This document shows, in pieces, positions 39,523 through 49,388 of a stretch of DNA of 64,000 nucleotides; position 1 is the stretch's first letter; each line of letters begins with the position of its first letter. The notes under the pieces are model-generated. The model saw only the letters and a program-made list of their open reading frames with translations. It had not been told where the DNA came from and made no database searches. The DNA comes from Carboxydocellales bacterium. GTDB lineage: Bacteria; Bacillota; GCA-003054495; Carboxydocellales; JAJZTU01. Location of the stretch: NCBI GenBank assembly GCA_049302075.1, contig JBAQLS010000046.1, forward strand, positions 148,436 to 212,435, written 5' to 3'. The translations under genes were made by a program, and so were the position numbers.

Positions 39523-40506
39523 TCATATATTGGATCGTATTAGGGTTGCCCCCCACGTTAATCCTGCTCCGAATCCTAACAATAAAAAAAGATCTCCTTT
39601 CTGTATCTTATGGTTTTCATAGGCTTCCGCTAAAGCGACGGGTATAGAGGCTGAAGACATATTTCCGTATTTTTCAATATTACAGTAAATTTTTTCGGGT
39701 GCTATCTCTAAGCGTTGTGAAACTGATTGTAAAATTCGTTTATTGGCCTGATGAGGGATAATCAAGCTGATTTTGTCGAGATTTACCGAAGACTTATAGA
39801 GAAGTTCCTGTACAGTTTTTTCAAAGATTTTTACGGCGAACTGAAATACAGCACTGCCATTCATAACTATTGTATTGGAATGGGCATTTAATAGCTCATG
39901 GGTAAGAGGCAGCCTGGAGCCTCCGGCCGGTACTTGCAGTAATTCCCATCCTGAACCGTCAGCCCCTAGTGTAGAGTTCAGGATTCCATACCCCTGGGGA
40001 ACTTCTCCGAGGATAAGTGCTCCTGCTCCATCTCCAAACAAGATACTTGTATGGAGATCTTCATCGTTGGTAATTTTTGAATAGATATCGGCACCAATCA
40101 GTAAGATTTTTTTGTAGCGTCCCGAAAGAAGGTAATTTGCAGCAATATCTAATCCATAGATAAAACCACTGCAGGCAGCGGAGACGTCAAAGGCTGCTGC
40201 TTTATAAGCTCCGATCGTGTTCTGAACCAGACAGGCAGTTGAAGGAAAGAGCATATCGGGTGTAGTTGTTGAGACTATAATTAAGTCAATGTCTGAAGGA
40301 GTAAGATTCGCATTATGCAAGGCAGATAATGCGGCTTTTGCAGCTAGGTCTGACGTACTTGCATCACTCCTAGCCTTTCTCCGTTCCTTGATGCCTGTTC
40401 TTTCTTCAATCCAGCTATCAGCTTTATTAAACCGCTGGGCAATTTCTAAATTAGTGATTACTAATTCAGGCAAGTAGTATCCATAACCTAAAATTCCTAT
40501 ACTCAT
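39523..40506 (-). CDS. 3-oxoacyl-ACP synthase III (FabH/KAS III)-like condensing enzyme
   Basis: Cys-His-Asn triad contexts: AACSGF, PHQAN, GNMSSAS. 327 aa. Confidence 0.85.
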   Translation of the reverse strand: MSIGILGYGYYLPELVITNLEIAQRFNKADSWIEERTGIKERRKARSDASTSDLAAKAALSALHNANLTPSDIDLIIVSTTTPDMLFPSTACLVQNTIGAYKAAAFDVSAACSGFIYGLDIAANYLLSGRYKKILLIGADIYSKITNDEDLHTSILFGDGAGALILGEVPQGYGILNSTLGADGSGWELLQVPAGGSRLPLTHELLNAHSNTIVMNGSAVFQFAVKIFEKTVQELLYKSSVNLDKISLIIPHQANKRILQSVSQRLEIAPEKIYCNIEKYGNMSSASIPVALAEAYENHKIQKGDLFLLLGFGAGLTWGATLIRSNI

Positions 40507-40571
40507 TATTGATTAAACAACTCCTTAAAAATAAAGTTTTAAATAATGCACTTAAATTTAGAATTAGAACA

Positions 40572-41042
40572 TCAATTCAAGAATTTTACTCTAAACAAAT
40601 ATCTAATTCTTACAAAAAACTCCTGCATTGTTACTGCTTTATCGGCAAACGAAACTAAAAAGGCTTCATAGCTAGAGGGCCAAAAAATAGTAAGCGGCCA
40701 CATGTGGCTAATAATAATGCCTTTTTCTTTAGAGTTAAGCTCAAAGCAACGCTCGGCATTTTGGCACGCAATCCGGGGATGTCGAAGACCGTGCCAGCGT
40801 GAACCATCGGGACGGGGTAAATGCCAGTCATAAAGGTAAAAATCATGGAGGAGTGCACCACGTGTCGCTGAGCGGACATCAAGTTTTATAATACTATTTA
40901 ATCTACCTGACCAAGAATAAGTTAAATGAGCAACATTAAGTGAGTGTTCCAAAATACTGAATGGATGGTGATGAGTAAAGTTTGCCAGTTGTTGAAATTC
41001 AGGATGCTCAAGAATGTCCTTGATTAAGTCATTAAAATTCAA
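40572..41042 (-). CDS. HD-domain phosphohydrolase
   Basis: H...HD metal motif (LEHSLNVAHL...LLHDFYLYDWH). 156 aa. Confidence 0.65.
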   Translation of the reverse strand: MNFNDLIKDILEHPEFQQLANFTHHHPFSILEHSLNVAHLTYSWSGRLNSIIKLDVRSATRGALLHDFYLYDWHLPRPDGSRWHGLRHPRIACQNAERCFELNSKEKGIIISHMWPLTIFWPSSYEAFLVSFADKAVTMQEFFVRIRYLFRVKFLN

Positions 41043-41060
41043 TGGAATCGTCCTTTCTGG

Positions 41061-41837
41061 TCATTTATCGCTTTTCATATGACGTATTTTCTCAAGAGAA
41101 TCTCTCTTAAGGTGTTCAAGCGCAGCCTGTTTTTCTTGAATAAAAGATACCGATTCTGAAAGTGTGTGGCGTATTTTTGGATAGGTTGAAATTAGCCGCC
41201 TAAAATAAACACGGGCCGAATGAAGATTGGGAGTCTCTAAATGTCCACTAATTTTATTTATAAAGCTAAGTGAGATATCAAATTGGTGTAAAAGAATAGT
41301 GGAAAGTACCAGGTCAATAACGAAATATATTGCAAAAATTGTGGCCAAGATTAATTTCAAACTGGGCGGGATTTGGATAAATAATGATTCAATGAAAGGT
41401 TGTAGATAATATTCAAAGACAAGTCCTAATCCCCCCCATAAAAGAGAAAAAGGTAGAGCAACCCGCCCTTTATAGTTTAGAGGAGTATCTTTATAACTCC
41501 ATAATTGCAAGTGAAAAAAACGTTCTAACAATATGCCGGACAAATACTCTATGATGGTACTTAGGAAAACGAAAAACACAAAAGCTTTTTCCCAAGAAGT
41601 AAGCAGCCAGTTCCCATCCGTTAGGACAACAATCAAAGCAAACGAACCATAAATCGGGAGCAAAGGCCCTTTCAACAAACCGGGATTTACAAAATGGCGC
41701 TGTTTCATTGAACGATAAGTCGTTTCTAATATCCAGCCTGCTAACGAATAAAACGCAAAGATTAATATTAAAAAGGCAATGTCATTAACCGGATGTGCTG
41801 TTACCATAGCCATTCGCTCCCCTGTTCCATTAAACAT
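41061..41837 (-). CDS. Polytopic membrane protein of unknown function
   Basis: 258 aa with about 6 TM segments. Divergent from the regulator gene. Confidence 0.5.
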   Translation of the reverse strand: MFNGTGERMAMVTAHPVNDIAFLILIFAFYSLAGWILETTYRSMKQRHFVNPGLLKGPLLPIYGSFALIVVLTDGNWLLTSWEKAFVFFVFLSTIIEYLSGILLERFFHLQLWSYKDTPLNYKGRVALPFSLLWGGLGLVFEYYLQPFIESLFIQIPPSLKLILATIFAIYFVIDLVLSTILLHQFDISLSFINKISGHLETPNLHSARVYFRRLISTYPKIRHTLSESVSFIQEKQAALEHLKRDSLEKIRHMKSDK

Positions 41838-41925
41838 ACAAGATAAAAAGTCAGTTGCTTTTTACTTTTTATTAGATTAAACTATACCCAAAAGACCCAA
41901 AAAGTATCTATTAAAAAGATATATC

Positions 41926-42660
41926 ATGCAATGGATAATTGTCAAGAAGGAAAAAAGGAAGAAGAATATGAATATGAATATGAATTTAACAGAGCGCCGT
42001 AAACAATTTCTTCAGCAGATAATGCGTCTATATGAAAAGTCGGGACTGCCGGTTCATTATGTGACTCTGGCTAATTTACTAGGTGTCAGCAAATGGACAG
42101 CTTATGATATGTTAAAAGAATTAGAAAAAAGCGGTTTATTAAAAAGAGACTATATGGTTAATCCCAATGAGTTAGGGCGTTCAGTTATTGTTTTTTCGCC
42201 TACAACTAAAGCAGATGAATTGTTTGGACAAATCAGAGAAGTAACATTTGATGCTGACCAACTGAAGGGGGTAAAGAAAAAGGTACTAAAAATGGTCTTT
42301 CAACTCCAGTCAACTAAGAATTTACAACAGTCCTTAGAATTTATTTTAAACGAAATTCCAAAAGTAAACGTCCGCACAGAATTTTGTATATATATCTTGG
42401 CAATATTAATTTTATATCTTCAGGTATTGGGAAAAGTTCAAAAAGATATGGTAAAAAATATTATTGAGGTTGCTGATCGTCATGATATAAAAATTACAGT
42501 CTTCGTAGGCATGGTCGTGGGCACGGCGATTCAGTCTGTTGCCCAGGAACTCGATCCGAGGATCAGTAATTTAATGGGTTCATTTTTAAAGCATCTTGAC
42601 CAATTGAATCTGAACGAAATGCAGATCCTTATTGAATTTCTTCAGGAAGCAATGAATTAG
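41926..42660 (+). CDS. Winged-HTH transcriptional regulator (DtxR/MarR-like N-terminus) with uncharacterised C-terminal domain
   Basis: ERRKQFLQQIMRLYEKSGLPVHYVTLANLLGVSKWTAYDMLKELEKSGLL fits a DtxR-type wHTH. The start region contains (AATATG)x3 encoding MNMNMN, so the real start may be at 41983. Confidence 0.55.
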   Translation: MQWIIVKKEKRKKNMNMNMNLTERRKQFLQQIMRLYEKSGLPVHYVTLANLLGVSKWTAYDMLKELEKSGLLKRDYMVNPNELGRSVIVFSPTTKADELFGQIREVTFDADQLKGVKKKVLKMVFQLQSTKNLQQSLEFILNEIPKVNVRTEFCIYILAILILYLQVLGKVQKDMVKNIIEVADRHDIKITVFVGMVVGTAIQSVAQELDPRISNLMGSFLKHLDQLNLNEMQILIEFLQEAMN

Positions 42661-42738
42661 TGTAATACAATGCAATCAGGAATAAAGGATAAGGAGCCTG
42701 AATAATTCGGGCTCCTTATCCCTAGGAAGGGAATTTGT

Positions 42739-44412
42739 ATGATTAGAAAGAGGATACGTCATATCGGTCGTTATAAAGAAGTTGCTGCAGTTCTAGCACG
42801 AAACGGTTTCGGTTTTATCTTAGTTGAAACTGGTTTATCTGATCTCCTGCCTTTTTCCAGGAGATTCATTCCTAAATTGGACACAGGTGAAATAATGTCT
42901 GTTGGGCAACGTATTAGGCAAGTGATTGAAGAATTAGGTCCGACTTTCATTAAAATGGGACAAATTGCAAGTACACGTCCAGATCTTGTTCCTGCAGCAA
43001 TAATTACTGAACTGGAAAAATTACAAGATAATGTACCGTCATTTCCTTTTAGCGAGATTCGCCAAATTATTCAAGAAGAACTCGGAATCCAAATCGAAAA
43101 GCTTTTTGTTGACTTTGAGGAGGTGCCATTAGCCGCAGCATCGATTGGGCAGGTTCATCGTGCGGTATTATTTAGCGGGGAAACTGTAGCAGTTAAAGTT
43201 CAACGTCCACATATTTCTACAATAATTGAAACTGATCTGGAAATTCTTATGGATATTGCGGGCCTTGCCGAGCAACGATTAGATTGGGCAAAAAGGTATC
43301 AAATTACGGAAATTATAGACGAATTCGCCAAATCCCTACGTGCTGAACTTGATTATACGATGGAAGGACGAAATGCGGAAAAAATGGCACTTCAATTTTC
43401 GGATAATTCCAAGATCAGCATTCCAAAAATCTATGAGGATTACTCTGCAAAAAAAGTACTGACCATGGAATATATTCAAGGTACGAAGCTAAGTCAAACC
43501 GAACGATTAATTGAATTAGGATATGACACTTCCGAGATTGCTAAACAGATTGTCGAAGCAATTTTTCATCAAATTCTAATTGAAGGCTTTTTTCATGGTG
43601 ATCCACATCCCGGAAATATTCTTGTTTTACCTGACCAGGTAATCACTTTTCTAGATTTTGGAATGGTTGGACGGCTGGCACCTCAAATGAAACATCATTT
43701 TGCATCGTTAGTTATTAGCATGCTCCGGAAAAATACGGATGATATGATTCGAGTGATCTTAGATATGGGAATTGTCCCCAGCGATATAAATATCTCTAGA
43801 TTACGCAGTGATATCGATGCTTTAAGAGACAAATATCTGGATATTCCATTTAAACAAGTTAGTTTAGGTCGGGCGGTTAATGAACTATTTACTGTTGCTT
43901 TCAATCATCGGATTAGGATATCGCCAGATTTAACTCTTTTGGGAAAAACACTTCTCACGCTCGAAGGGAGCGTAGAGAAACTTGCACCTGACTTAAGTGT
44001 AATGGATATAGCTCGACCTTTCGGATATAAGTTGCTAAAAGAGCGTTATAATATCAATACAATTACCAAAAAAACTTTCAAAAAAATTAATGAATATGTA
44101 GATATTCTTTTAGATTTACCAAAGCTCATCAAGGAAATGACACATAATTTAAAAGACGGTAAAATTAGGGTTGAAGTGAGGATTTCAGAAATTGGTTTAG
44201 TTTTGAAAAAATTAGATCGAATCAGTAATCAATTGTCTTTTAGCATAGTTTTGTTGTCTTTTAGTATTTTAATGATGGGTATAATTATCGCGTCGGCTTT
44301 AGGAGATCGGCTGTTTATTTGGCATTTTTCGGCGGTTGATTTAGGATTTATGATAGCATCTTTAATGTTCGTTTGGCTGCTATTTTCCATTCTAAGGTCC
44401 GGAAGGTTCTAG
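42739..44412 (+). CDS. ABC1/UbiB-family atypical protein kinase with C-terminal TM helices
   Basis: 557 aa with the characteristic UbiB N-terminal region (YKEVAAVLARNGFGF), kinase-like core (AAASIGQVHRA, HGDPHPGNIL, DFG) and C-terminal hydrophobic segments. Confidence 0.85.
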   Translation: MIRKRIRHIGRYKEVAAVLARNGFGFILVETGLSDLLPFSRRFIPKLDTGEIMSVGQRIRQVIEELGPTFIKMGQIASTRPDLVPAAIITELEKLQDNVPSFPFSEIRQIIQEELGIQIEKLFVDFEEVPLAAASIGQVHRAVLFSGETVAVKVQRPHISTIIETDLEILMDIAGLAEQRLDWAKRYQITEIIDEFAKSLRAELDYTMEGRNAEKMALQFSDNSKISIPKIYEDYSAKKVLTMEYIQGTKLSQTERLIELGYDTSEIAKQIVEAIFHQILIEGFFHGDPHPGNILVLPDQVITFLDFGMVGRLAPQMKHHFASLVISMLRKNTDDMIRVILDMGIVPSDINISRLRSDIDALRDKYLDIPFKQVSLGRAVNELFTVAFNHRIRISPDLTLLGKTLLTLEGSVEKLAPDLSVMDIARPFGYKLLKERYNINTITKKTFKKINEYVDILLDLPKLIKEMTHNLKDGKIRVEVRISEIGLVLKKLDRISNQLSFSIVLLSFSILMMGIIIASALGDRLFIWHFSAVDLGFMIASLMFVWLLFSILRSGRF

Positions 44413-44470
44413 ATAACAGTATAAATTTCATACTTAGTATTTATTTTAACAATACCTAAGGATTTTTCCT

Positions 44471-45178
44471 CTACGATGCTTTTCTACCGTATTTGAATAC
44501 CAGGCCACCTTTATAGGCAGGTATTTCCACTAGGTCCACCTTGGAAATTTTAATTATTACTCCAGCCCCCTCTAGGTCAGCAATTAGACCATAGGTCACT
44601 TTCAGCATGTTTTCCATATTCTCTGGGTCCCCAATTGCCGAAATCTCAAAGGGTATACCCTGAGTGCGGTTTATAGGTAATTTGTTCACCAACAGGTTAC
44701 GTCCTGCTTCATGGACCGAGGTGTTAGCCACCACCCGTTGGCCATTGACAGCTATAGCTTCCGCCCCTGCATAACGTAGAATGTTAATAATATCCTTAAT
44801 ATCCCCGGAAAAAACCTGAGTAGCCGTAGTCTTCCGATCATCCATAGTTACGTACAGTCCAGGACCTCGTAGTGGTACCTCCCCAGTTAGCATTTGTATT
44901 TGGGTTATCTCCTTAGAAACCTCCGCCGACCTACCCGTCACCACAACTCCACTTTTATTACGTTCCAGCTCCTGACGCAGCTTGGTAACCCGGCCAGTAA
45001 GCTGGGTCTGCTTTAACTTGGCCTGGTTTAAAACCGCAATCATGGATTGATAACGCTGGGTGGAATTATTAACTTGTTTGCGGATTTCCATTGTCGCCTT
45101 TGCCTGGGTCGATAGCAGTAAGCCCAACACAATACTAACCGCAAAAAGCGAAAGATAAAAGTGCCAATAACGAGACAA
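44471..45178 (-). CDS. DUF881 (YlxW/YlxX-like, division-cluster associated) protein
   Basis: N-terminal TM segment, coiled coil and DUF881 core. Tandem with a paralog. Confidence 0.75.
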   Translation of the reverse strand: MSRYWHFYLSLFAVSIVLGLLLSTQAKATMEIRKQVNNSTQRYQSMIAVLNQAKLKQTQLTGRVTKLRQELERNKSGVVVTGRSAEVSKEITQIQMLTGEVPLRGPGLYVTMDDRKTTATQVFSGDIKDIINILRYAGAEAIAVNGQRVVANTSVHEAGRNLLVNKLPINRTQGIPFEISAIGDPENMENMLKVTYGLIADLEGAGVIIKISKVDLVEIPAYKGGLVFKYGRKAS

Positions 45179-45213
45179 TCCAGTTCACCTCTTGATATGT
45201 GTTTATATATACC

Positions 45214-45927
45214 TTAGATCAATGGGTTGGAAAAATGAAACTGGGGTTTCTCCCTGTAGGGCGGTAAGCTTAGCACCCGTACCTCCTGAACATCCACCTT
45301 TATACCATAGCGTTGCTCTAAGCTGCTTAGTAATGGCATTACATCCATATTAATTGAGGTACTCAACGCTCTAGCTTCACCAACAGCCATTATTTTATAA
45401 GGTGGTGCAACCAGTACCTTATTAATAAAAATGGTGGTGCCTCCACAAAATATTTCAGAATTAGCAATCAGCCTCAGGTCATTAACCGCCACCCCCTCCG
45501 CACCGCCTGTCCAGAAAGCATTGACAATTTCCCGGAGAAAGGATTCATGGATAAAATAATTATTAGGGTCTGTACCCTGTTCGTGTGTTTTTTCACTGTC
45601 ACTCAGCGTTACAATCAAGCCCGGACCTTTCAGTCCCTCCAAGCCGGCCCGCATTTTAGTGGCCGCTAGCTCATCCTCCAGACTTTTAGACAGGTTGTTC
45701 GATTGCTGATATTCCCTAATGCGCTTTTCCAAGCTATCTGCTTCTTTTCGCATATTCTCCGAATCCTGCTCTACTTGGATGAGGGTTCCGATAATATCCT
45801 CACTGCGCAAGTTGGACACACTATTGCGGACGATACTTTGCTCAGCCTTATACTGGGTCATGGCCAGAATGCCAAAAATAAAAAACGCAATAGCCACCAA
45901 AACCTGCCAGGACATTTTCTTCATCAC
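45214..45927 (-). CDS. DUF881 (YlxW/YlxX-like) protein, paralog
   Basis: Same architecture as 44471-45178. Confidence 0.75.
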   Translation of the reverse strand: MMKKMSWQVLVAIAFFIFGILAMTQYKAEQSIVRNSVSNLRSEDIIGTLIQVEQDSENMRKEADSLEKRIREYQQSNNLSKSLEDELAATKMRAGLEGLKGPGLIVTLSDSEKTHEQGTDPNNYFIHESFLREIVNAFWTGGAEGVAVNDLRLIANSEIFCGGTTIFINKVLVAPPYKIMAVGEARALSTSINMDVMPLLSSLEQRYGIKVDVQEVRVLSLPPYREKPQFHFSNPLI

Positions 45928-46045
45928 TATACCTCCTGAAGTTAACTAAGGAATAACCCTCCCTGCTAGGTTACCCGTAAAAAACTTACATAATTCAGGT
46001 TAGTGTGGAGTTTACCATTTGCAGTTTGCGTTTGGGGTCTAGTCT

Positions 46046-46270
46046 CCGGTCGGTTGCCTAACCCGGCGGGGTGCTCTTAGCTCCATACCGTGCGGCTCTA
46101 AGCACAGATGGCCTAATAAAATTGACCGACCTGGACAATACGGCATCCTTGCCTAGGTGTCCAGGTTGCCGCCTTCCGTGGCGGCAAGGTCAATTTTATT
46201 GGCCATCTGCGCTTAGAGCCGCTACGGTACTCCACCAGGAGCACCCCACCGGGCCAGGCAACCGACCTGG
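46046..46270 (+). repeat. Structured interspersed repeat, family 1, copy 3
   Basis: Same architecture as copies 1 and 2. Outer stem ggtcggttgcc / ggcaaccgacc differs in sequence from the other copies but still pairs. Middle stem gcggctctaagc / gcttagagccgc. Inner hairpin loop atacggcatccttgcctagg is shared with copy 2. Confidence 0.7.
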
Positions 46271-46529
46271 GCTGTTTCATATGACCTGGGCTGTATCTTT
46301 GGCCCGGGCTAAACCTTCTGCACTATCCAAGCCGTATAACCTGCTTCTGTAAGTTGTTTTGATGGGTGTGGGGGTGTTGCTTAGTGAAAAACACCAGAGC
46401 ACCTGACTTACATGAGGCTATCAATATAGAGCTTAATACCTCTTGGAATTTCTTATATGCCTGAGTAACTTGCGCTTCCGGTCCCAAATAAGGTTGATAC
46501 CATCCTTTTTTTACTGTCAAAGCAGTAAA

Positions 46530-47180
46530 TTAAAAGGAGTCCAAACAAATATCATCCAAGTTCACCAGACCGGCCTGAACTGCAAAAAGAACTACCTGGG
46601 TCCGGGTTTTAACCCGGAGCTTTTGCCGCACATTGCGAATATGGTTGCGGACTGTTTTTTCACTAATCACCAGAATTGAAGCAATCTTGCGGTCTCCAAA
46701 GCCCTTAGCCAAAAGTGAAACCACTTCTAATTCCCTTTTAGTAAGGGGAAGGGCCGTTTTAGTCCCTGATTGTACCGGAACACTCACTTGACCCGCAGCC
46801 ATCCGATTAAATTCCTCCATAATTTTGGCCGAGAGTTCAGGATACTGCTGATCTTTGGCAGCTAACAGCCCCCCCAAATCCTGATAGGGTATGGCTCTAG
46901 GAAGGTAATAAACCTGCTCTAGGGGCTTAAATAAAATATACAGATAAGACACTGTAGGCAGAATTTCCGTTAGGATGCGCACGGAGTTTAAAAACCGGAG
47001 ACCCGGTAAGTCTAAACTGACCAGTAAAGAATCCGGTCTAAGTTCTGAAATTTGAGTAGTAAGTTGGTGCAAGTCACCGACCTTGGCCACTATTTCCATG
47101 TTTTTATTCAGAGTTAATAGTCTCTTTAAATCAATGCCTTTGCCGAAAAAGTCCCCAACAATTAATGTTTGTCTGACCAT
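46530..47180 (-). CDS. NarL/FixJ-family response regulator (receiver plus LuxR-type HTH)
   Basis: LuxR HTH (TKRELEVVSLLAKGFGDRKIASILVISEKTVRNHIRNV). Receiver with the SLDLPG aspartate. ATG at 47180 has a GGAGGG SD. The ORF tool's start at 47282 is probably an artefact. Confidence 0.8.
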   Translation of the reverse strand: MVRQTLIVGDFFGKGIDLKRLLTLNKNMEIVAKVGDLHQLTTQISELRPDSLLVSLDLPGLRFLNSVRILTEILPTVSYLYILFKPLEQVYYLPRAIPYQDLGGLLAAKDQQYPELSAKIMEEFNRMAAGQVSVPVQSGTKTALPLTKRELEVVSLLAKGFGDRKIASILVISEKTVRNHIRNVRQKLRVKTRTQVVLFAVQAGLVNLDDICLDSF

Positions 47181-47315
47181 TACCCGTCCCTCCTCTCTAG
47201 AAAGTCTGGTCAATGGTATAGTATGAAGGACTAGAGCAAAGGGTGTGTATAAACAGTAGTATAAACATAGGATATCCCGCATAAAGTTGCCATGGCGGGG
47301 AATTTTCCGACCCTA

Positions 47316-47441
47316 GGCAGGCTGTTGAAATACCCGTCTGACTGGAAGCAGAATCACCCCTATGCCCATGGCGTACTGCTGTACGTCGAAGACATGAGGG
47401 TGATTTTGGTGACAACGCTAGACGGGGATTCAGCAGCCTGC
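47316..47441 (+). repeat. Near-palindromic structured repeat, family 2, copy C (most diverged)
   Basis: aggcaggctgttgaaatacccgtctgac...gcgtactgctgtacgtcgaag...gacggggattcagcagcctgc. Immediately 3' of the bshA stop. Confidence 0.6.
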
Positions 47442-48554
47442 TCCGCATACCCGCCGATAGAAGTCCTCATACTGGGCAACAACCTTATCTACATGAAACT
47501 CGTTAATTGCTCGCTCCCGGGCAGCTAAGCCCATTTTGTTATGAAGATCCCGGTCCTGCAGTAAGTTAACCGCCAAACTAGTCATCCCTTCAATATCACC
47601 GATGGCGGCTAGGTATCCTGTAACCCCGTTCACCACAACCTCTGGGACACCACCAGTTTTGGTGGCAATGACCGGAACCTCACAGGCCATGGCCTCCAAA
47701 GCCGACAAGCCAAAGCTTTCCTTCTCTGAGGGTAGTAGAAACAAATCCGCTTGGGACAGAATTTGCACCACAGCTTCCTGCTTGCCCAGAAAATGCACCC
47801 TGTGGGCTATCCCTAGTTCTTGAGCCAGATGTTGGGCCGCCAGACGGTCTGGCCCATCACCAACCAGCAGTAATTGGCTGGACAACTGGCGGTTAATTCC
47901 GGCGAAAATCCTTACTACATCCAGTACCCGCTTTAACGGGCGAAAATTGGAGGTGTGCACAATTATCTTGTCCTCCTGTTTGCTAAATACACCTCGGCAA
48001 CAAGGCTGGTAATTCCGATTATATACCGCAGGATCAATGAAGTTATAGATTGTTTCCACTTCCTTAATCCCAAAAAGCTCTCTTGTTTCCCTACTAAGGT
48101 TTTCTGAAACTGCGGTAACTCCATCACTTTCTTCCAGACAAAACTTAGTAATATCATAAAACTGCCGGTCATTACTTAGAATGGTGATATCTGTACCGTG
48201 CAAGGTGGTCACAACGGGTATGCCTTGTTCCCGGAGCATCTGCTTGGCTAGGTATCCACTCACCGCATGGGGAATAGCATAATGGGCATGCAGGATATCC
48301 AGGTTATGGGTCCGTACCACATCAGCAATTGTACTAGCCAGAGCAATCGAATAGGGCGGGAATTTAAACAAAGGATAGTCAAAAACCTCAACCTCGTGGA
48401 GAAAAAGGTTCCCGTGAAACCCCCGCAACCGAAAAGGCCGTTCATAACTAATAAAGTGTACCTCATGTCCACGGTCAGCCAGGTGCTCCCCCAGTTCGGT
48501 GGCTACCACCCCGCTGCCTCCGTAGGAAGGATAACATATCATGCCTATTTTCAT
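47430..48554 (-). CDS. bshA: GT4 glycosyltransferase BshA (N-acetyl-alpha-D-glucosaminyl L-malate synthase)
   Basis: MKIGMICYPSYGGSGVVATELGEHLADRGHEVHFIS is a BshA-type GT4 N-terminus. Operon with bshB1 and bshC. Confidence 0.75.
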   Translation of the reverse strand: MKIGMICYPSYGGSGVVATELGEHLADRGHEVHFISYERPFRLRGFHGNLFLHEVEVFDYPLFKFPPYSIALASTIADVVRTHNLDILHAHYAIPHAVSGYLAKQMLREQGIPVVTTLHGTDITILSNDRQFYDITKFCLEESDGVTAVSENLSRETRELFGIKEVETIYNFIDPAVYNRNYQPCCRGVFSKQEDKIIVHTSNFRPLKRVLDVVRIFAGINRQLSSQLLLVGDGPDRLAAQHLAQELGIAHRVHFLGKQEAVVQILSQADLFLLPSEKESFGLSALEAMACEVPVIATKTGGVPEVVVNGVTGYLAAIGDIEGMTSLAVNLLQDRDLHNKMGLAARERAINEFHVDKVVAQYEDFYRRVCGAGC

Positions 48555-48635
48555 CCATACCCCTCCTGCTATGCTTTAACTCCAATGATTTTGCCATGTA
48601 TCCAATGGTTTTGCCTTATCTCCAATGGTTAGCCC

Positions 48636-49388
48636 TTATTTCCAAAACTCCAGGGGATCTTTAATCGCTAACATATTCCTCACCACAAAACCTTCGCCAA
48701 ATTCCGCATTAATTTTGGCCCCCTGGTGACGATCCCGGCTATCCAGGCGGTAGGGAAAGCGAGTGTTAAGCACCGTGGGTATCATGGGGTTCTTCCGCCC
48801 AAACTGGGACTCATGAGCTTTAATTGCCTGGCGCTTTTGCTCGTAATAATCGGTTACGTTCACCACAAAGCTAGGTTCCTGTTCGTAATTTAAGAAGTAG
48901 TACAACATTTCCTTGGGACGGTAGGGCTTTAGTTCCGGTAAAAATTTAATCAATCCAGAAGTGAAATGCGCCTCGGTAACTAAATTACTTGCCGCCACAT
49001 GATCCGGGTGACGGTCATTCCAGTAGGGGATAATTATTAGGGTTGGCCTATATTCCCGAAGAACTTGAACCACTTTAATCAAATTCTCCTCAGTTCGTTG
49101 AATATTTCGATCGGGAATATCCAGGTTTTTTCGCCACACCGCTCCCAAAATTTTGGCCGCAGCTTCCCCCTCGGCTTGTCTTTCCTCAATAGTTCCATTG
49201 GTCCCCATTTCCCCCCTGGTTAAATCCACAATTCCCACCCGGTAACCCAGGGCTGCTTCTTTAGCCACCAGTCCGCCACAGCCGATTTCTACATCATCAG
49301 GATGGGCCCCAAAGGCTATTATATCTACCAGATTTAAATCTTCACTCAAACTATTCACCCTTTCCATCCTCATATGCTTCCTGCTCAC
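48636..49388 (-). CDS. bshB1: LmbE/PIG-L family deacetylase BshB1
   Basis: IIAFGAHPDDVEIGCGG is the LmbE zinc-site motif. Start may be at an internal Met (49367), which reduces the overlap with bshC. Confidence 0.75.
   Translation of the reverse strand: MSRKHMRMERVNSLSEDLNLVDIIAFGAHPDDVEIGCGGLVAKEAALGYRVGIVDLTRGEMGTNGTIEERQAEGEAAAKILGAVWRKNLDIPDRNIQRTEENLIKVVQVLREYRPTLIIIPYWNDRHPDHVAASNLVTEAHFTSGLIKFLPELKPYRPKEMLYYFLNYEQEPSFVVNVTDYYEQKRQAIKAHESQFGRKNPMIPTVLNTRFPYRLDSRDRHQGAKINAEFGEGFVVRNMLAIKDPLEFWK

Noticed and set aside
46323-46520. 65-aa ORF between family-1 copy 3 and the response regulator
   Set aside because: No RBS, unremarkable composition. Sits in what is probably the regulator's 3' UTR/terminator region.
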